From IMG/VR virus record IMGVR_UViG_3300025000_000053, positions 1 through 64,000 of that record: a stretch of 64,000 bases of DNA. One strand, written 5' to 3'. Position numbers and translations under genes: made by a program. Below are positions 40,916-51,649 of this stretch, in pieces. Every line of letters begins with the position of its first letter. Position 1 is the first letter of the stretch. The notes under the pieces were generated by a model. That model had not been told where the DNA came from, made no database searches, and saw only the letters and a list, made by a program, of their open reading frames with translations.

Positions 40916-42334
40916 AATACTCAACCAATTCAGATGTATGACGAAGTAGAATTTACGAGTTATATTAAAACTATTATTGAAGCTGCTGCCATGGCGTTTA
41001 AAACGGCTTCAGACAATGCTAAGAGAAATAATGCCCCTTATTCAAGGTCCCTACTCTCAACTCCTGGTGATCTCGATACTAAAGCTGGACAAGATGCCAT
41101 GGAAATAATTAGTAAGACATATAGATGGACTGAAAAATTTTATGATATGAAGATAGATGATGTTAAAGAAATTATAAAAAATAATTCAGAAAATAGGATA
41201 GTTTATATTGAATATGAGTATAAACAATTAGGAAAAGATGAAGAGTGGTTTAATGATTCATGTGCAATAATAGGTAATAACCCATTAAAAATTAAGAGAG
41301 AAATATTATTACAAAGAATGAGAGGTTCTTCTAATTCCCCATTTGAACCAGAAGATTTAGAACTTATTAGGGAAAAACAGGGTAAAATAATTGAAGAAAT
41401 CTTTATTAATAAATTATTTAGATTAGATGTTTATAAACCATTAGTAAGAGATAGGATATATTTTATATGTGTTGACGTTTCTAAAGGTTATGGTCAAGAT
41501 AATTCAGCCGTAGTAATATTAGACCCATATGAATTAAAACCTGTGGCAGAATTTGAATCGCCATATATAGGTGTAACTCAACTAAAGAATTTTTTATATA
41601 CACTTGTTAAAAAATATTTACCTAGAAGTATTTTATGTATTGAAAGAAATGAAAATGGTGAATCTATATTAGATGGATTGAGATATACTGATATAATGCA
41701 TAATTTATATTTTGATAAAGATAAAGATCCAATTGCCTCTCAATTAGATGATAGGATGGATAGTCAGGGATTTTTAAAACAAGAAGCTTTAAAACGTAAA
41801 TTATATGGAGTATGGACTGGAACTAAATCAAGACAAGTGATGTTTAGTTTGTTAGAAACACATATTGCAGAGTATAAAGATAATTTTATTTGTGCTAATA
41901 TTATTAATGATTTATTTAAATTAGTTATGAAAAAGAATGGTAAGATTGAAGCTGAGTCTGGATTCCATGATGATTCTATTATGGCTTATTTAATAGGATT
42001 GTATGTATATTATCATGGTAATAATCTACACTATTTTGGTTTTGTTAAGGGTCAGTTACCTGATGAGGAAGAAAGAAATAAAGGATTACAAACATATGAT
42101 GAGATAATGGAAGAAATGCCTGATGAAGAAAGACAATATTTCAATGAAAGTTTTGGTTCTAAATCTATAGATGATTATCAACAACATGTAATAGAAGAAC
42201 TTAAAAGAGTACAAAAAGAACAAAATAGTTTAATTAATATGAGTGGAATGATGAAACCCTCAACATATGCAGAAGAATATGATAATGATGAGAATGAAAT
42301 ATCATTAGATTTCTTTGATGAATTAAATAATTAA
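40916..42334 (+). CDS. terL: Terminase large subunit, exon 2
   Basis: MYDE, LSTP, nuclease CVDVSKG, IERN, HDDSIMA. Confidence 0.88.
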   Translation, partial: NTQPIQMYDEVEFTSYIKTIIEAAAMAFKTASDNAKRNNAPYSRSLLSTPGDLDTKAGQDAMEIISKTYRWTEKFYDMKIDDVKEIIKNNSENRIVYIEYEYKQLGKDEEWFNDSCAIIGNNPLKIKREILLQRMRGSSNSPFEPEDLELIREKQGKIIEEIFINKLFRLDVYKPLVRDRIYFICVDVSKGYGQDNSAVVILDPYELKPVAEFESPYIGVTQLKNFLYTLVKKYLPRSILCIERNENGESILDGLRYTDIMHNLYFDKDKDPIASQLDDRMDSQGFLKQEALKRKLYGVWTGTKSRQVMFSLLETHIAEYKDNFICANIINDLFKLVMKKNGKIEAESGFHDDSIMAYLIGLYVYYHGNNLHYFGFVKGQLPDEEERNKGLQTYDEIMEEMPDEERQYFNESFGSKSIDDYQQHVIEELKRVQKEQNSLINMSGMMKPSTYAEEYDNDENEISLDFFDELNN

Positions 42335-42415
42335 TAATATAATGTGTTATTTAACACATTATATTATTTTTTACTAATTTAGTAACATTGTTTTAATTAT
42401 GAATAAAAAAGGAGT

Positions 42416-43198
42416 GTGATTAAATTGAATTATGATGATGATGAATATATTAGAACTAGTGATTTAGATATAGAGATGTTATTAGCAGAATTACCATTTA
42501 ATTTAACAAAAGAAAATATAATTGAACAAATAAATGATCCACTTTCCATTCAGGTTGATTATATAACTACATTAAAAGATAAGTGTGAAATTGTTAAACA
42601 ACAGTTTAGTGATAATTCAGAAGTTATTAAAGAGATTGATATAAAATTGAGATCAGTTTTTGACCTTGTAATAAGAGAAATGAATTATAAATTTAGTTTA
42701 CATGCAAGTTTAGAACAAACTGATGAAGACATTATTAAAATGGGTGAGTCTTTATATACCTATTTAATATTAAGATATAAGAAAAATATTAGTAGGTTTA
42801 TATTTAGATTTATATTAAAAAATAAGAAAGAACTTATTGAAAAATTTGATACAACTAAGAAAAAAGATATTACTTCATTGGCATTAAAGAAACAATTTAA
42901 AAATAAAGATGATGTTATTTTAATAACATCATTACCTAATATTATAAAACATATTATGAATTTAGATATAGAACCTATTGAATTTTTGGATTATATATCT
43001 AAAGGTGAACATTATGATGCTAGTATTATTAAAGATTATATTCTATCAGGACAGATAATAGGTAATTTTATACCAAGATATTTTTATCTAATGATAGATG
43101 AATATGAACATATTATGGATGAAATTCAAACAGATATAAAATTAAAGTTGATAAATAAAATAAAAAACAATGAAGGGAAGAGGATGAAAAATGAATAA
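42416..43198 (+). CDS. Hypothetical late protein
   Basis: Late motif 42384-42395. Confidence 0.7.
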   Translation: MIKLNYDDDEYIRTSDLDIEMLLAELPFNLTKENIIEQINDPLSIQVDYITTLKDKCEIVKQQFSDNSEVIKEIDIKLRSVFDLVIREMNYKFSLHASLEQTDEDIIKMGESLYTYLILRYKKNISRFIFRFILKNKKELIEKFDTTKKKDITSLALKKQFKNKDDVILITSLPNIIKHIMNLDIEPIEFLDYISKGEHYDASIIKDYILSGQIIGNFIPRYFYLMIDEYEHIMDEIQTDIKLKLINKIKNNEGKRMKNE

Positions 43199-44165
43199 CC
43201 CATTGAGAAGGATTGATAATGAACCGTTAACATTAGATGGTGGTTTTGAAAGTACTAAACTTTTAGAAGTTAATAAAGACAAAGACATTCTAAATATACT
43301 AGGAATTAAATCTAAGTTAAATAACTTTACTCAAATGAGAAATAAAATTGTTAATCAAAAAATATCGGTTATTAATAATAGTGAGGTAATTGATATTTTA
43401 AATGAGCGTACTAAAAATTTAACTGTTTTTCAAATCAAACGGTTAACTAATGAACAAGTTGAAGAGATTTATACTATCAATGGTGAGAAAGTTATTTTAT
43501 CTATTGAAATGGATAATGAAGAAAAAAAGATTAGTTTCATGAGAGAATACTTAATATTTAATAAAGAAAGTTCAGAAGCATTAAGACAAATTGATAAATC
43601 TATAGAAACTTTTGAAAAAGAATTAAAAAAAGATGAGGATGAATTAAATAAGGTTATTAATGAATATGGAGATGTTCAAACACTTATTAAAAATCATCTT
43701 ATTGATAATATTAATAAGTCTACGGATGAAAATATAAAAAATCGTAATATTAAAATTCTTGATAATTTTAATGATGCCTCCACATTAAATATAATTTATG
43801 AACATTATAAAAATCAAAAAGTTCTAAATACTTTACATGATTATAAAATAAGAGCTGAAGGTATTTATAAGAATTATGTTAAGACATGTAAACAATTAAG
43901 TATTAAATCGGACATAACTATTTTTGAGAATTTAGAAATGAAATTCCTACCTCAAAAATATCATAAATATCCGAATCTATTTTTATTTGCAATTATTAGG
44001 TATTTTGCATATAAGAAAGATGACTGTAATAAATATTCTGATGGTATTTTTTTATCTCAGTTTATAGTGAATGTACAAAATCTATTTTGTGATAAATTTA
44101 AAGATAGTGAAGAAAAACAATTATTTATTAATTCAATTATGAAAGTGTTAGATTTATTTTACTAA
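43191..44165 (+). CDS. Hypothetical late protein
   Basis: 324-aa ORF overlapping the previous gene end. Confidence 0.7.
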   Translation: MNNPLRRIDNEPLTLDGGFESTKLLEVNKDKDILNILGIKSKLNNFTQMRNKIVNQKISVINNSEVIDILNERTKNLTVFQIKRLTNEQVEEIYTINGEKVILSIEMDNEEKKISFMREYLIFNKESSEALRQIDKSIETFEKELKKDEDELNKVINEYGDVQTLIKNHLIDNINKSTDENIKNRNIKILDNFNDASTLNIIYEHYKNQKVLNTLHDYKIRAEGIYKNYVKTCKQLSIKSDITIFENLEMKFLPQKYHKYPNLFLFAIIRYFAYKKDDCNKYSDGIFLSQFIVNVQNLFCDKFKDSEEKQLFINSIMKVLDLFY

Positions 44166-44230
44166 TAAAAACATTAGGATAAGGTTGTGAATTTTTAATT
44201 CACTTCCTTATCCTAATTTTATTTTTTAAG

Positions 44231-44977
44231 GTGGGTGATATTTTAATGATTGAAAAATTCTTAAGTGATGATGGAACAAATATAATATTTAATGGAGAAC
44301 AATTAATAGCGTATATACCTGAATTTTATTTTAAAAATGGTAAATTAGGTGAACATTTAGGTTCATCATTAAGAGTTTTTGGTTTATTTAATGTTAGGAT
44401 GAATAATGGGGGTAGACTATCAAAACTTGAAACATTTAATTTACCTTCTATGATTTTTTTATTTCCATCGACAATAGAATACAAAACACTAAAATTAGTA
44501 GATGAACAAGAAGAAGAATGTTATATGGTGTTAAATTTTTTTAAAGGCGGAAAAATAACACCTAACAATATGTCACAAGATGCAACTAATGTAGAATTAT
44601 TTTTAGACCTTATATGTGGTGGTAAATTACCAGAAACAATTCCTTATAATCAAATAATTCAAATATGGCAAAAAAATTTAACTTTAAATAATATTAATTT
44701 AAATGTAACATCAACTGTATTAGAAGTTATTTTAAGTGAAATTTATCGTAATAAGAAAAAACCCGAAGAAACATTTGCTAAATTATGGGGACGCAACCCA
44801 AATATATCTCAATATGAATATAAACGTGCTAATATTAGAGAAATTTGTGCTAGAAATTCTACTTTTGCTGCTTTAACGTATGAAGATATGGATGCTATGA
44901 TAACATCATCTCTTAATATTAAGAATTATAATAGAGAGGAAACTGAATCCCCTATAGAAAAAATAATAAAGATGTAA
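44231..44977 (+). CDS. Probable virion RNAP beta-prime extreme C-terminal subunit
   Basis: LEVILSEIYR...NSTFAALTYEDM...ESPIEKII parallels RpoC HIEVIVRQM...SFISAASFQET and the C-terminus of 18695-19901; late motif 44170-44181. Confidence 0.55.
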   Translation: MGDILMIEKFLSDDGTNIIFNGEQLIAYIPEFYFKNGKLGEHLGSSLRVFGLFNVRMNNGGRLSKLETFNLPSMIFLFPSTIEYKTLKLVDEQEEECYMVLNFFKGGKITPNNMSQDATNVELFLDLICGGKLPETIPYNQIIQIWQKNLTLNNINLNVTSTVLEVILSEIYRNKKKPEETFAKLWGRNPNISQYEYKRANIREICARNSTFAALTYEDMDAMITSSLNIKNYNREETESPIEKIIKM

Positions 44978-45018
44978 TAATCAATGAGAACAATTAAATA
45001 AAAAAATTCACAAGGAGG

Positions 45019-46869
45019 TTGAATACTTTGCCTGCAATCGGACAAATCATTCCTAAATATACACATCCTCATACAGAAACATTTATTAATGATAATACTG
45101 TATTTGAGGAAATTGTTTCCGAACCAGAAAGTGGTATACGTTTTATTAACGTATTCGCTTCAGCAAAAGGACGAGATGGTGTTGTTTTAAAGAAAAAAAC
45201 ATACACTGATTATATTGAAGAGTATGGTAAACCAAACTATAAATTATTTGGCCAACCTGGTTATATGCCGTATGCTTCTTTAAGAACATTTCAAGCAGAG
45301 TGTAATTGTATGCGGATTATGCCGGAGGATGCCGCTTATGCGAATGTCGTAATTTTAGCTAAAGTTAAAGTTGATACATCTGTAGTTAATAGTCCAAAAT
45401 TACTAATTAGGCATCAAGCAGTATCTCTTGTAGGTCTTACTGATGCAGCGGAGTTATCTGTTAAGGTGGAGCTATTAAAAGACACTGATCCGGATGAAGA
45501 TGATTGGTTAACATATCCTTTATTTGGTGTATATGTACTTGGTAGAGGTATTTATGGTAACACTTTAAGAATAAGAATGAGTGCATCCCCACAAGCAGAC
45601 ATTGATAATGGGTATAAAAATTATCGTTTTGAAATTCTTGATAGTGATGGTGGTTTGGTACGTAAAGAACTATTTACTGGTAGCTTATTTACTGATGCCT
45701 TAGTTGGTTCAAATACTTTATTTATTGAAGAATTAATTAATGATTCTGAAACTGGAAGTAATAAAATTGGATTTTATGTATCTGATAACTCTCTTAGTGA
45801 AATTCTTGACATGTATAATACTAGTGTTGCACCAGATGCTAATTTAACATTACAAACTTTTGATATTATTACAGCTCGCAGTATGACTGCAACTACTTTA
45901 TCTGATATAGTAATTTCAAAAACTGTCGATGATGTTTCTTTAGATGATGTATCAGGTATTTTACTTTCTGGTGGAACAGATGGTTCTTTTTCGATTGATG
46001 CTGATGCTGGAACCAGAGAAACAGCTATTGATGATGCTTATATTAAGGCATTTACAGAAAATAAAGTTCTTTTAAGTAAAAGAAGAACTCCAGCAGATTT
46101 AATACTTGATGCTAATTATTCAGATGATGTTAAAAGAGCTCTTATTAGTTTTATTACTAAAAGATATGACGCATATGGTTTTATTGATGGTGGTATACTT
46201 GAAACTCCAACTGACGCTATATCATGGGCTGAGTCAATGGCATCTTTATCAGATAGAGTATTTTCTAAAGAGTGTAATCACTATTATATAAAAGATCCAT
46301 TTTCAGGTAAATCTATTCCCATGACAATAACATATTTTTATGCTAGTCAATTACCACTCCATTTTAAAACTAATGGTAATAATATTCCATTCCAAGGTGA
46401 AAAATATGCTAAATTAACCGGTTTTGTTAAAAACTCTTTAAAACCAGTTATTGATGCTGATGATGATGATATAAAAGAAGAAATATATAATCTTAAAGTA
46501 AACTATTTCGAATGTATTGCAGAAAATACTTTTATCAGAGGAGTTCAAGGTACATCTCAAAATGTTTGGTCTGATTTATCAGAAGAACATAATATGCATG
46601 TTTTGTTAGAATTAAAAAGAAAAGTTGAAGCTTTAGTAGCTTCAAAATCATATAATTTTGCTGAAAAAGAAGATAGAGTTGAATTTACGGAAATAGCTGA
46701 ACGAATTTTTTCACCATATCGTGGTAAAAAAGTAAGAGAAATTGAAATATATTTTGATATGAATCCTTTTGAAGAAGAAAGAAGTATACTGCATTGCTAT
46801 ATGGCTGTTATTTATAAAACAATAGCTAAAAGAGGTATTATTGAAATTGATATCAACAAGAGGGTTTAA
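45019..46869 (+). CDS. Contractile tail sheath protein
   Basis: LSGGTDG, ILDANY, C-terminal IIEIDINKRV; late motif 44989-45000; precedes tube gene. Confidence 0.85.
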   Translation: MNTLPAIGQIIPKYTHPHTETFINDNTVFEEIVSEPESGIRFINVFASAKGRDGVVLKKKTYTDYIEEYGKPNYKLFGQPGYMPYASLRTFQAECNCMRIMPEDAAYANVVILAKVKVDTSVVNSPKLLIRHQAVSLVGLTDAAELSVKVELLKDTDPDEDDWLTYPLFGVYVLGRGIYGNTLRIRMSASPQADIDNGYKNYRFEILDSDGGLVRKELFTGSLFTDALVGSNTLFIEELINDSETGSNKIGFYVSDNSLSEILDMYNTSVAPDANLTLQTFDIITARSMTATTLSDIVISKTVDDVSLDDVSGILLSGGTDGSFSIDADAGTRETAIDDAYIKAFTENKVLLSKRRTPADLILDANYSDDVKRALISFITKRYDAYGFIDGGILETPTDAISWAESMASLSDRVFSKECNHYYIKDPFSGKSIPMTITYFYASQLPLHFKTNGNNIPFQGEKYAKLTGFVKNSLKPVIDADDDDIKEEIYNLKVNYFECIAENTFIRGVQGTSQNVWSDLSEEHNMHVLLELKRKVEALVASKSYNFAEKEDRVEFTEIAERIFSPYRGKKVREIEIYFDMNPFEEERSILHCYMAVIYKTIAKRGIIEIDINKRV

Positions 46870-46906
46870 AAAGTTAATAAATTATAATAAAGGAGTGAGA
46901 ATATAG

Positions 46907-47731
46907 ATGCCAGATATTAATACACTACAAACTAATATTAAAAATAATACTAAAGATATGACATTGTATTCCTTATTTTTAGGTGGATTAAATGTAACCT
47001 CTAAAGCACTAGCACAATATGACCCATTAAAAACTGGATATGCGAGAATATTTTTTATAAAAATGCCTCCTTTTATGAAAACCATTTTACCTGAAAAAAC
47101 TAAACAATTTAAACATTTACTCGAATATGGATTCGTAGGGATAGATGGTTTGCAAAACATTTCAATGGAGTTTGAACAAGTTACGGGTGGTTATGCCGGA
47201 AGACAATTTGAAATACCGACAGTCGCTAAGGATGAAACTAATAGTCTTACTGTTAAAGTATATGAACAAGCAGGTTCACCTGTTAGAGAATATACTGATA
47301 TGTGGATTTCTGGTATTGCAGACCCATATACTGGGCTTGGACATTACCATGGTGCATTGGAAATAGCGAGTGCAGGATTAACATATTCTCAAGTAAATCA
47401 TTCTGGGGAAGCAATTTATGTTGAAACTGACCCAACCGGTCGTAGTAATGGTATTGAGTATTCATGTCTATTATCTAATTTGGTACCTAAAACTACAAAA
47501 ATGGATCATTTTAATCAAGAGGCTGGTAGTCATCCAATTGTCCAGACTGATATTGAATTTACTGCAACCAGATATCAATCTCCTCAAATTAATGAAATTG
47601 CAAAAGCATTAGTTGCTAAATTTAAAATCCTTAGGGATTATTTAAGTTTTAATTCTCAATATACTATTACAGATGTAGCTAACATGACAGTACCTAATAT
47701 TAGTGATTGGGGTACTTCTGGTACAACTTAA
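46907..47731 (+). CDS. Tail tube protein
   Basis: Follows sheath; VYEQAGSPVREYTDMWISGIADPYTG pattern. Confidence 0.75.
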   Translation: MPDINTLQTNIKNNTKDMTLYSLFLGGLNVTSKALAQYDPLKTGYARIFFIKMPPFMKTILPEKTKQFKHLLEYGFVGIDGLQNISMEFEQVTGGYAGRQFEIPTVAKDETNSLTVKVYEQAGSPVREYTDMWISGIADPYTGLGHYHGALEIASAGLTYSQVNHSGEAIYVETDPTGRSNGIEYSCLLSNLVPKTTKMDHFNQEAGSHPIVQTDIEFTATRYQSPQINEIAKALVAKFKILRDYLSFNSQYTITDVANMTVPNISDWGTSGTT

Positions 47732-47736
47732 AAAAT

Positions 47737-47775
47737 ATTTATGTCTATACTGAATATTCAGTATAGACATAAATT
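47737..47775. terminator. Bidirectional terminator between tube and portal genes
   Basis: ATTTATGTCTATACTGAAT / ATTCAGTATAGACATAAAT inverted repeat. Confidence 0.75.
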
Positions 47776-48209
47776 TATTGTTCAGTTGTTGCTTCATCAG
47801 GATTCTCTAATTTAAATTTTTCATACTCTAATTTAGAATCCTCTATCACTTCATCAAACATTCTCCAAGGTAACATAGGTAACATTTCTCTTGATGCCTT
47901 ATTCATAACAATATCTTTAATTTTATTATCTTTATCAGTTGGAGTAAGATTTTCACCTGTTGTTGTTTTTAACATAAATGCTAAAACTTGATCGGCGTTT
48001 GAAATTAAATCACTCATATTCATAGTATTTAATGCTTTTGGTAAATTTAAACTATATATAAAAGTTTCAATTATTTCTTGGGGTATTTCAGTACTAGAAA
48101 ATTTCATTACTTTTTTATAAAATTCAGTTATATTAGGGTTAAAATCAAGTTGATCACTTACAACTCTACCAATAAATTTAGCATTAGCCATAACTAAAGT
48201 TTTGGCATA
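47775..48209 (-). CDS. Portal protein, exon 2
   Basis: YAKTLVMANAKFIGRV continues exon 1 in frame; resembles T4 gp20 ..DELKFAKFI.. helix. Confidence 0.72.
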   Translation of the reverse strand, partial: YAKTLVMANAKFIGRVVSDQLDFNPNITEFYKKVMKFSSTEIPQEIIETFIYSLNLPKALNTMNMSDLISNADQVLAFMLKTTTGENLTPTDKDNKIKDIVMNKASREMLPMLPWRMFDEVIEDSKLEYEKFKLENPDEATTEQ

Positions 48210-48595
48210 CGATATATTCACATAGGTCGTTAATCTATGCAGTTCTCTTATGAACTTCCTTATCTTTTGATAAGATACTAGACTATATCTTCATCCTTAT
48301 TATTTCTAATAAGGAGCTCTCCACTTCGATTTAAGGGATTCTCACCCACTCACTTGAGCCCTACTCCTGTTGATCATTTCAGATCCAATGGGATAGTCGT
48401 TGAACCTTTCTCATAGTAATACTATGAGACTTGGCTGCGGATCATCTAATCTTAAACATTATTACCTTACTCAGGTTAATTACTCCTGACCACTTATACC
48501 ATCGCTAATATAGTTTGGTAGTTTAAGATTTAAAGGCTTCCCCGACAATTAAAAGAGAATTGGTATTATAGATTGCTCTATAACCTGACTAATAA
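48210..48595 (-). mobile_element. Group I intron 4 (386 nt, no ORF)
   Basis: P1 CUGAU|UUAUUA GUCAG; conserved core on minus strand; terminal G at 48210. Confidence 0.92.
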
Positions 48596-50389
48596 ATCAG
48601 CTTCATTAATATAATTCATTATTACTGATGGAACTCCACTTCCATTAATATATGATGTTTTCAACATTTCCATTAAATCTGTATTTAATTGTATGTCCTG
48701 ACCTGCTAATACATCAAATTCTATACCCTTGTCTCCTGTTCTACCTACAGGAACAAAAATACCTTTAGCATGACCAATTTTAGATACCATCGTATTATAA
48801 TTCAGTAAATCCATAAAATTTATATCTCTTTCTTTCATAGTTCTAGCAACATCTTGTAGTTTATTAATAATATTTGCATCTATACCAGAATTTTTAATAT
48901 AATTAATTCTAGTATCATTAGATTTACTAATAATAGAAACCATTTTAAATATTAATAATGCCAGATAAAGCTTAGCATAAAATAATGATTTCATTAATAT
49001 GCTAGTACCTTCACCTTCTTCATTCTCATTGACAGTAAATTCAGTTATATAATCAACTGGTATAAATTGAAATTTTATTTTCTTCTTATACATTTCGTTA
49101 TAAGATAGGCAGTTCATTATTAATTCTTTAAATTTAATATTTTCTTCTAAATATTTCTTATTAAATGCTTTAACAATCTTTTCAGTTAATTTAGTTAAAA
49201 ACATATTTTCAAGTTCAGGTGTATTGAGATTCACTGTATTAACTCTTATTGTATTTATAAAAGGAGATTTAGTAATAGGTGATGATTCATGTATATAATA
49301 ATAACCTATAACATGTTCCATTATTTTAACTGGTATCATTTTTTTAGGACTAATTAATTTTATATAACAATCAGTTATATTATCAAAATTATTATTTTTA
49401 TCTTTTTCTGTAGATATAGTTCCATCATTAAAAAATGAAGATATTGAATTAGTTCTATTTTTAGTCTTAGCGTTATTTTTAATGGCTTCTTCAACATTTT
49501 TCTTAAATTTTTCATCAGTAATAAGTTCCGATACATCTACACCTTCTAAAATAGGTATATGTACAACATCATTTTCAATCTCAATGTCTTTAACTAAACT
49601 ATTTATTTCATTTTTTAAAGATGATGGATTACTTTTAATATTACCTTCATTTTTTAATTCAGTTATAAAATTGTCATCAATAGATTCAGTAATAGAAAAT
49701 GTTGTTAATTCTTTATTTTTCTTATCATAAAAATTTTCAAATAGTTTTGAATATGGTACAGTATATGCATAGTACTTACCATATTGTAGAGTTTTCGGTA
49801 TAATATGATTCTTTAATTTATTTGCTAATTTAAATTTCTTTTCTAAATTTTCAACTAAAGAAATATAACTTTGTTTATCCTCTTCACTACAGTTAGAACT
49901 TTTAAATTGTAAATTTCTAGATATAGATTGAGTTACATCATCAGCTGTTACAATAGCATCCCTAGTTGCATTAACAGCTTCCTCCAATTCAAATAAATGA
50001 CTACAGATTAAATCAAGGTCTTCATATAAAAGATTTTGATTTCTATATCTTTCATTAAAAAATTGAAATACAGCATTATCTTCTGCTGAAAATATATCTT
50101 CAATTTTTTTTATATTTGAAAATTGTTGATTGTCATAATCATTAAATAATTTTACTAAAAATGTTGAAACATCTTCACCAGTAAAATCAGTTAATTTTTT
50201 TATTTCATGATAAATAACATCATCAACTTGGTCTGATAATTTCTTTAATTCTTTTTCTCTTTTAGTATCATTAGAAAAAGTATTAAAAGATATTTTATCT
50301 ATTAAATCCGTAAATAAAGAATTCAATTTTACTAAGGGCTTTTCAATTTTTTTTACAACTTTTTTTTTATCATCTTTTTCATTACTCAC
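48596..50389 (-). CDS. Portal protein, exon 1; complement join gives 742 aa
   Basis: YGKYY, GTSIL, IEFDVLAG, YINGSGVPS motifs typical of T4 gp20-like portals. Confidence 0.72.
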
Positions 50390-50441
50390 TTATTCACACC
50401 CCTTATTATTTTTTAATAAAAATACTAGGATATATTATATC

Positions 50442-51083
50442 CTAGTATTTAATACATGTATACTTATGAAATAAGTTAAAATAATTAGTTTCTGATACTA
50501 TTAAACTTTCAAATAAATTACTATTAATAATATCTTTAAAGTAAATATTATTTTTTATACTTTTTAACATTAATGGTATTAGTTTAGAAGTTAATCGTAT
50601 TTTATAGTTATTCTCCGAAAAAGTAATAATATTCTTACTATTTAATTTTTTTATTATATCATCTGATAATATTATTTTATTAGTATTATTAAATTCATTT
50701 ATTTTATTTAGAGCTATTTTATATAGAATAACTAATTCTTTTGTTAATGAATTGATATTAGTTAAAGTTCCTATTTGAAAAACATTATCACCTTTTTCAT
50801 CTGTTAATAATATTTTGTCTTTTGAAATTGTTAAATATTTTATATGCTTTTTATTTTCTTGAATAACTTTAAATATATCCTTGGAATTTATACAAAATAT
50901 TTGTTTTTCTTCAATCATACTAAAGACTTGAACATCCATTTTACCAAAATGTTCTCCATAGCTCAAATGTTTATCATCGTTAATAAATAATATAGTACCA
51001 TCAGAAAATATAAAATATTCTGTAGATACCTTTTTAGCTAATTGGTTAAATTCATTTATTTTATTTACTTCAATTTTATACAT
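50442..51083 (-). CDS. Hypothetical protein
   Basis: 213-aa ORF with AAGGAG RBS downstream of polymerase. Confidence 0.75.
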   Translation of the reverse strand: MYKIEVNKINEFNQLAKKVSTEYFIFSDGTILFINDDKHLSYGEHFGKMDVQVFSMIEEKQIFCINSKDIFKVIQENKKHIKYLTISKDKILLTDEKGDNVFQIGTLTNINSLTKELVILYKIALNKINEFNNTNKIILSDDIIKKLNSKNIITFSENNYKIRLTSKLIPLMLKSIKNNIYFKDIINSNLFESLIVSETNYFNLFHKYTCIKY

Positions 51084-51094
51084 AAAATACTCCT

Positions 51095-51649
51095 TTATAC
51101 TACAAGTTTATTAATATAATAACTATTAACATCATTAATATCAATAATTAATTTACTCTTAGGTTTAATATTTAATTCCTCTTTTATAATAGAGTCTATT
51201 TCTTCTAACTTAGGAAGATTGAAAAATGCATGACCTAAACTATTCAAATCACCAGTTAACATATTATCTACAAATATTTTTCCTATATCTTCTTTCTTAC
51301 CCTTATCATCAATATCTTCAATATAATTAGGTAACTCTTTATTAGTTTCTATAATTAATTTACCTATCATAGAATTTGGTTCAATATTAAAACAAATAAT
51401 AATACTTGGATACATAGCAGAAAAATCCATATCAATAATATTATCAAATATAAATTTACTTTTTTTACCTAAAATTTCAATACCAACATGTGAGTTTAAT
51501 AATGGATTAGCAACTAGTGCTCCTGCAAATTTTTCATCTTCTTCTTCCTCATTATTTTTAACTGATTCTACACCATATTGAATATTATTGTTATTACCTA
51601 TTATTAAACCTTGTTTATAAAATTCTATATATGCACGATTTTTTAAGAA
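51095..51649 (-). CDS. polB: Family B DNA polymerase N-terminal subunit, exon 2 (motif A)
   Basis: FAGALV..P, DMDFSAMYPSII..NI. Confidence 0.88.
   Translation of the reverse strand, partial: FLKNRAYIEFYKQGLIIGNNNNIQYGVESVKNNEEEEDEKFAGALVANPLLNSHVGIEILGKKSKFIFDNIIDMDFSAMYPSIIICFNIEPNSMIGKLIIETNKELPNYIEDIDDKGKKEDIGKIFVDNMLTGDLNSLGHAFFNLPKLEEIDSIIKEELNIKPKSKLIIDINDVNSYYINKLVV

Noticed and set aside
50421-50450. ATATATTAT upstream of the portal gene as an early promoter
   Set aside because: Wrong strand for the portal gene and lies within a terminator-like hairpin
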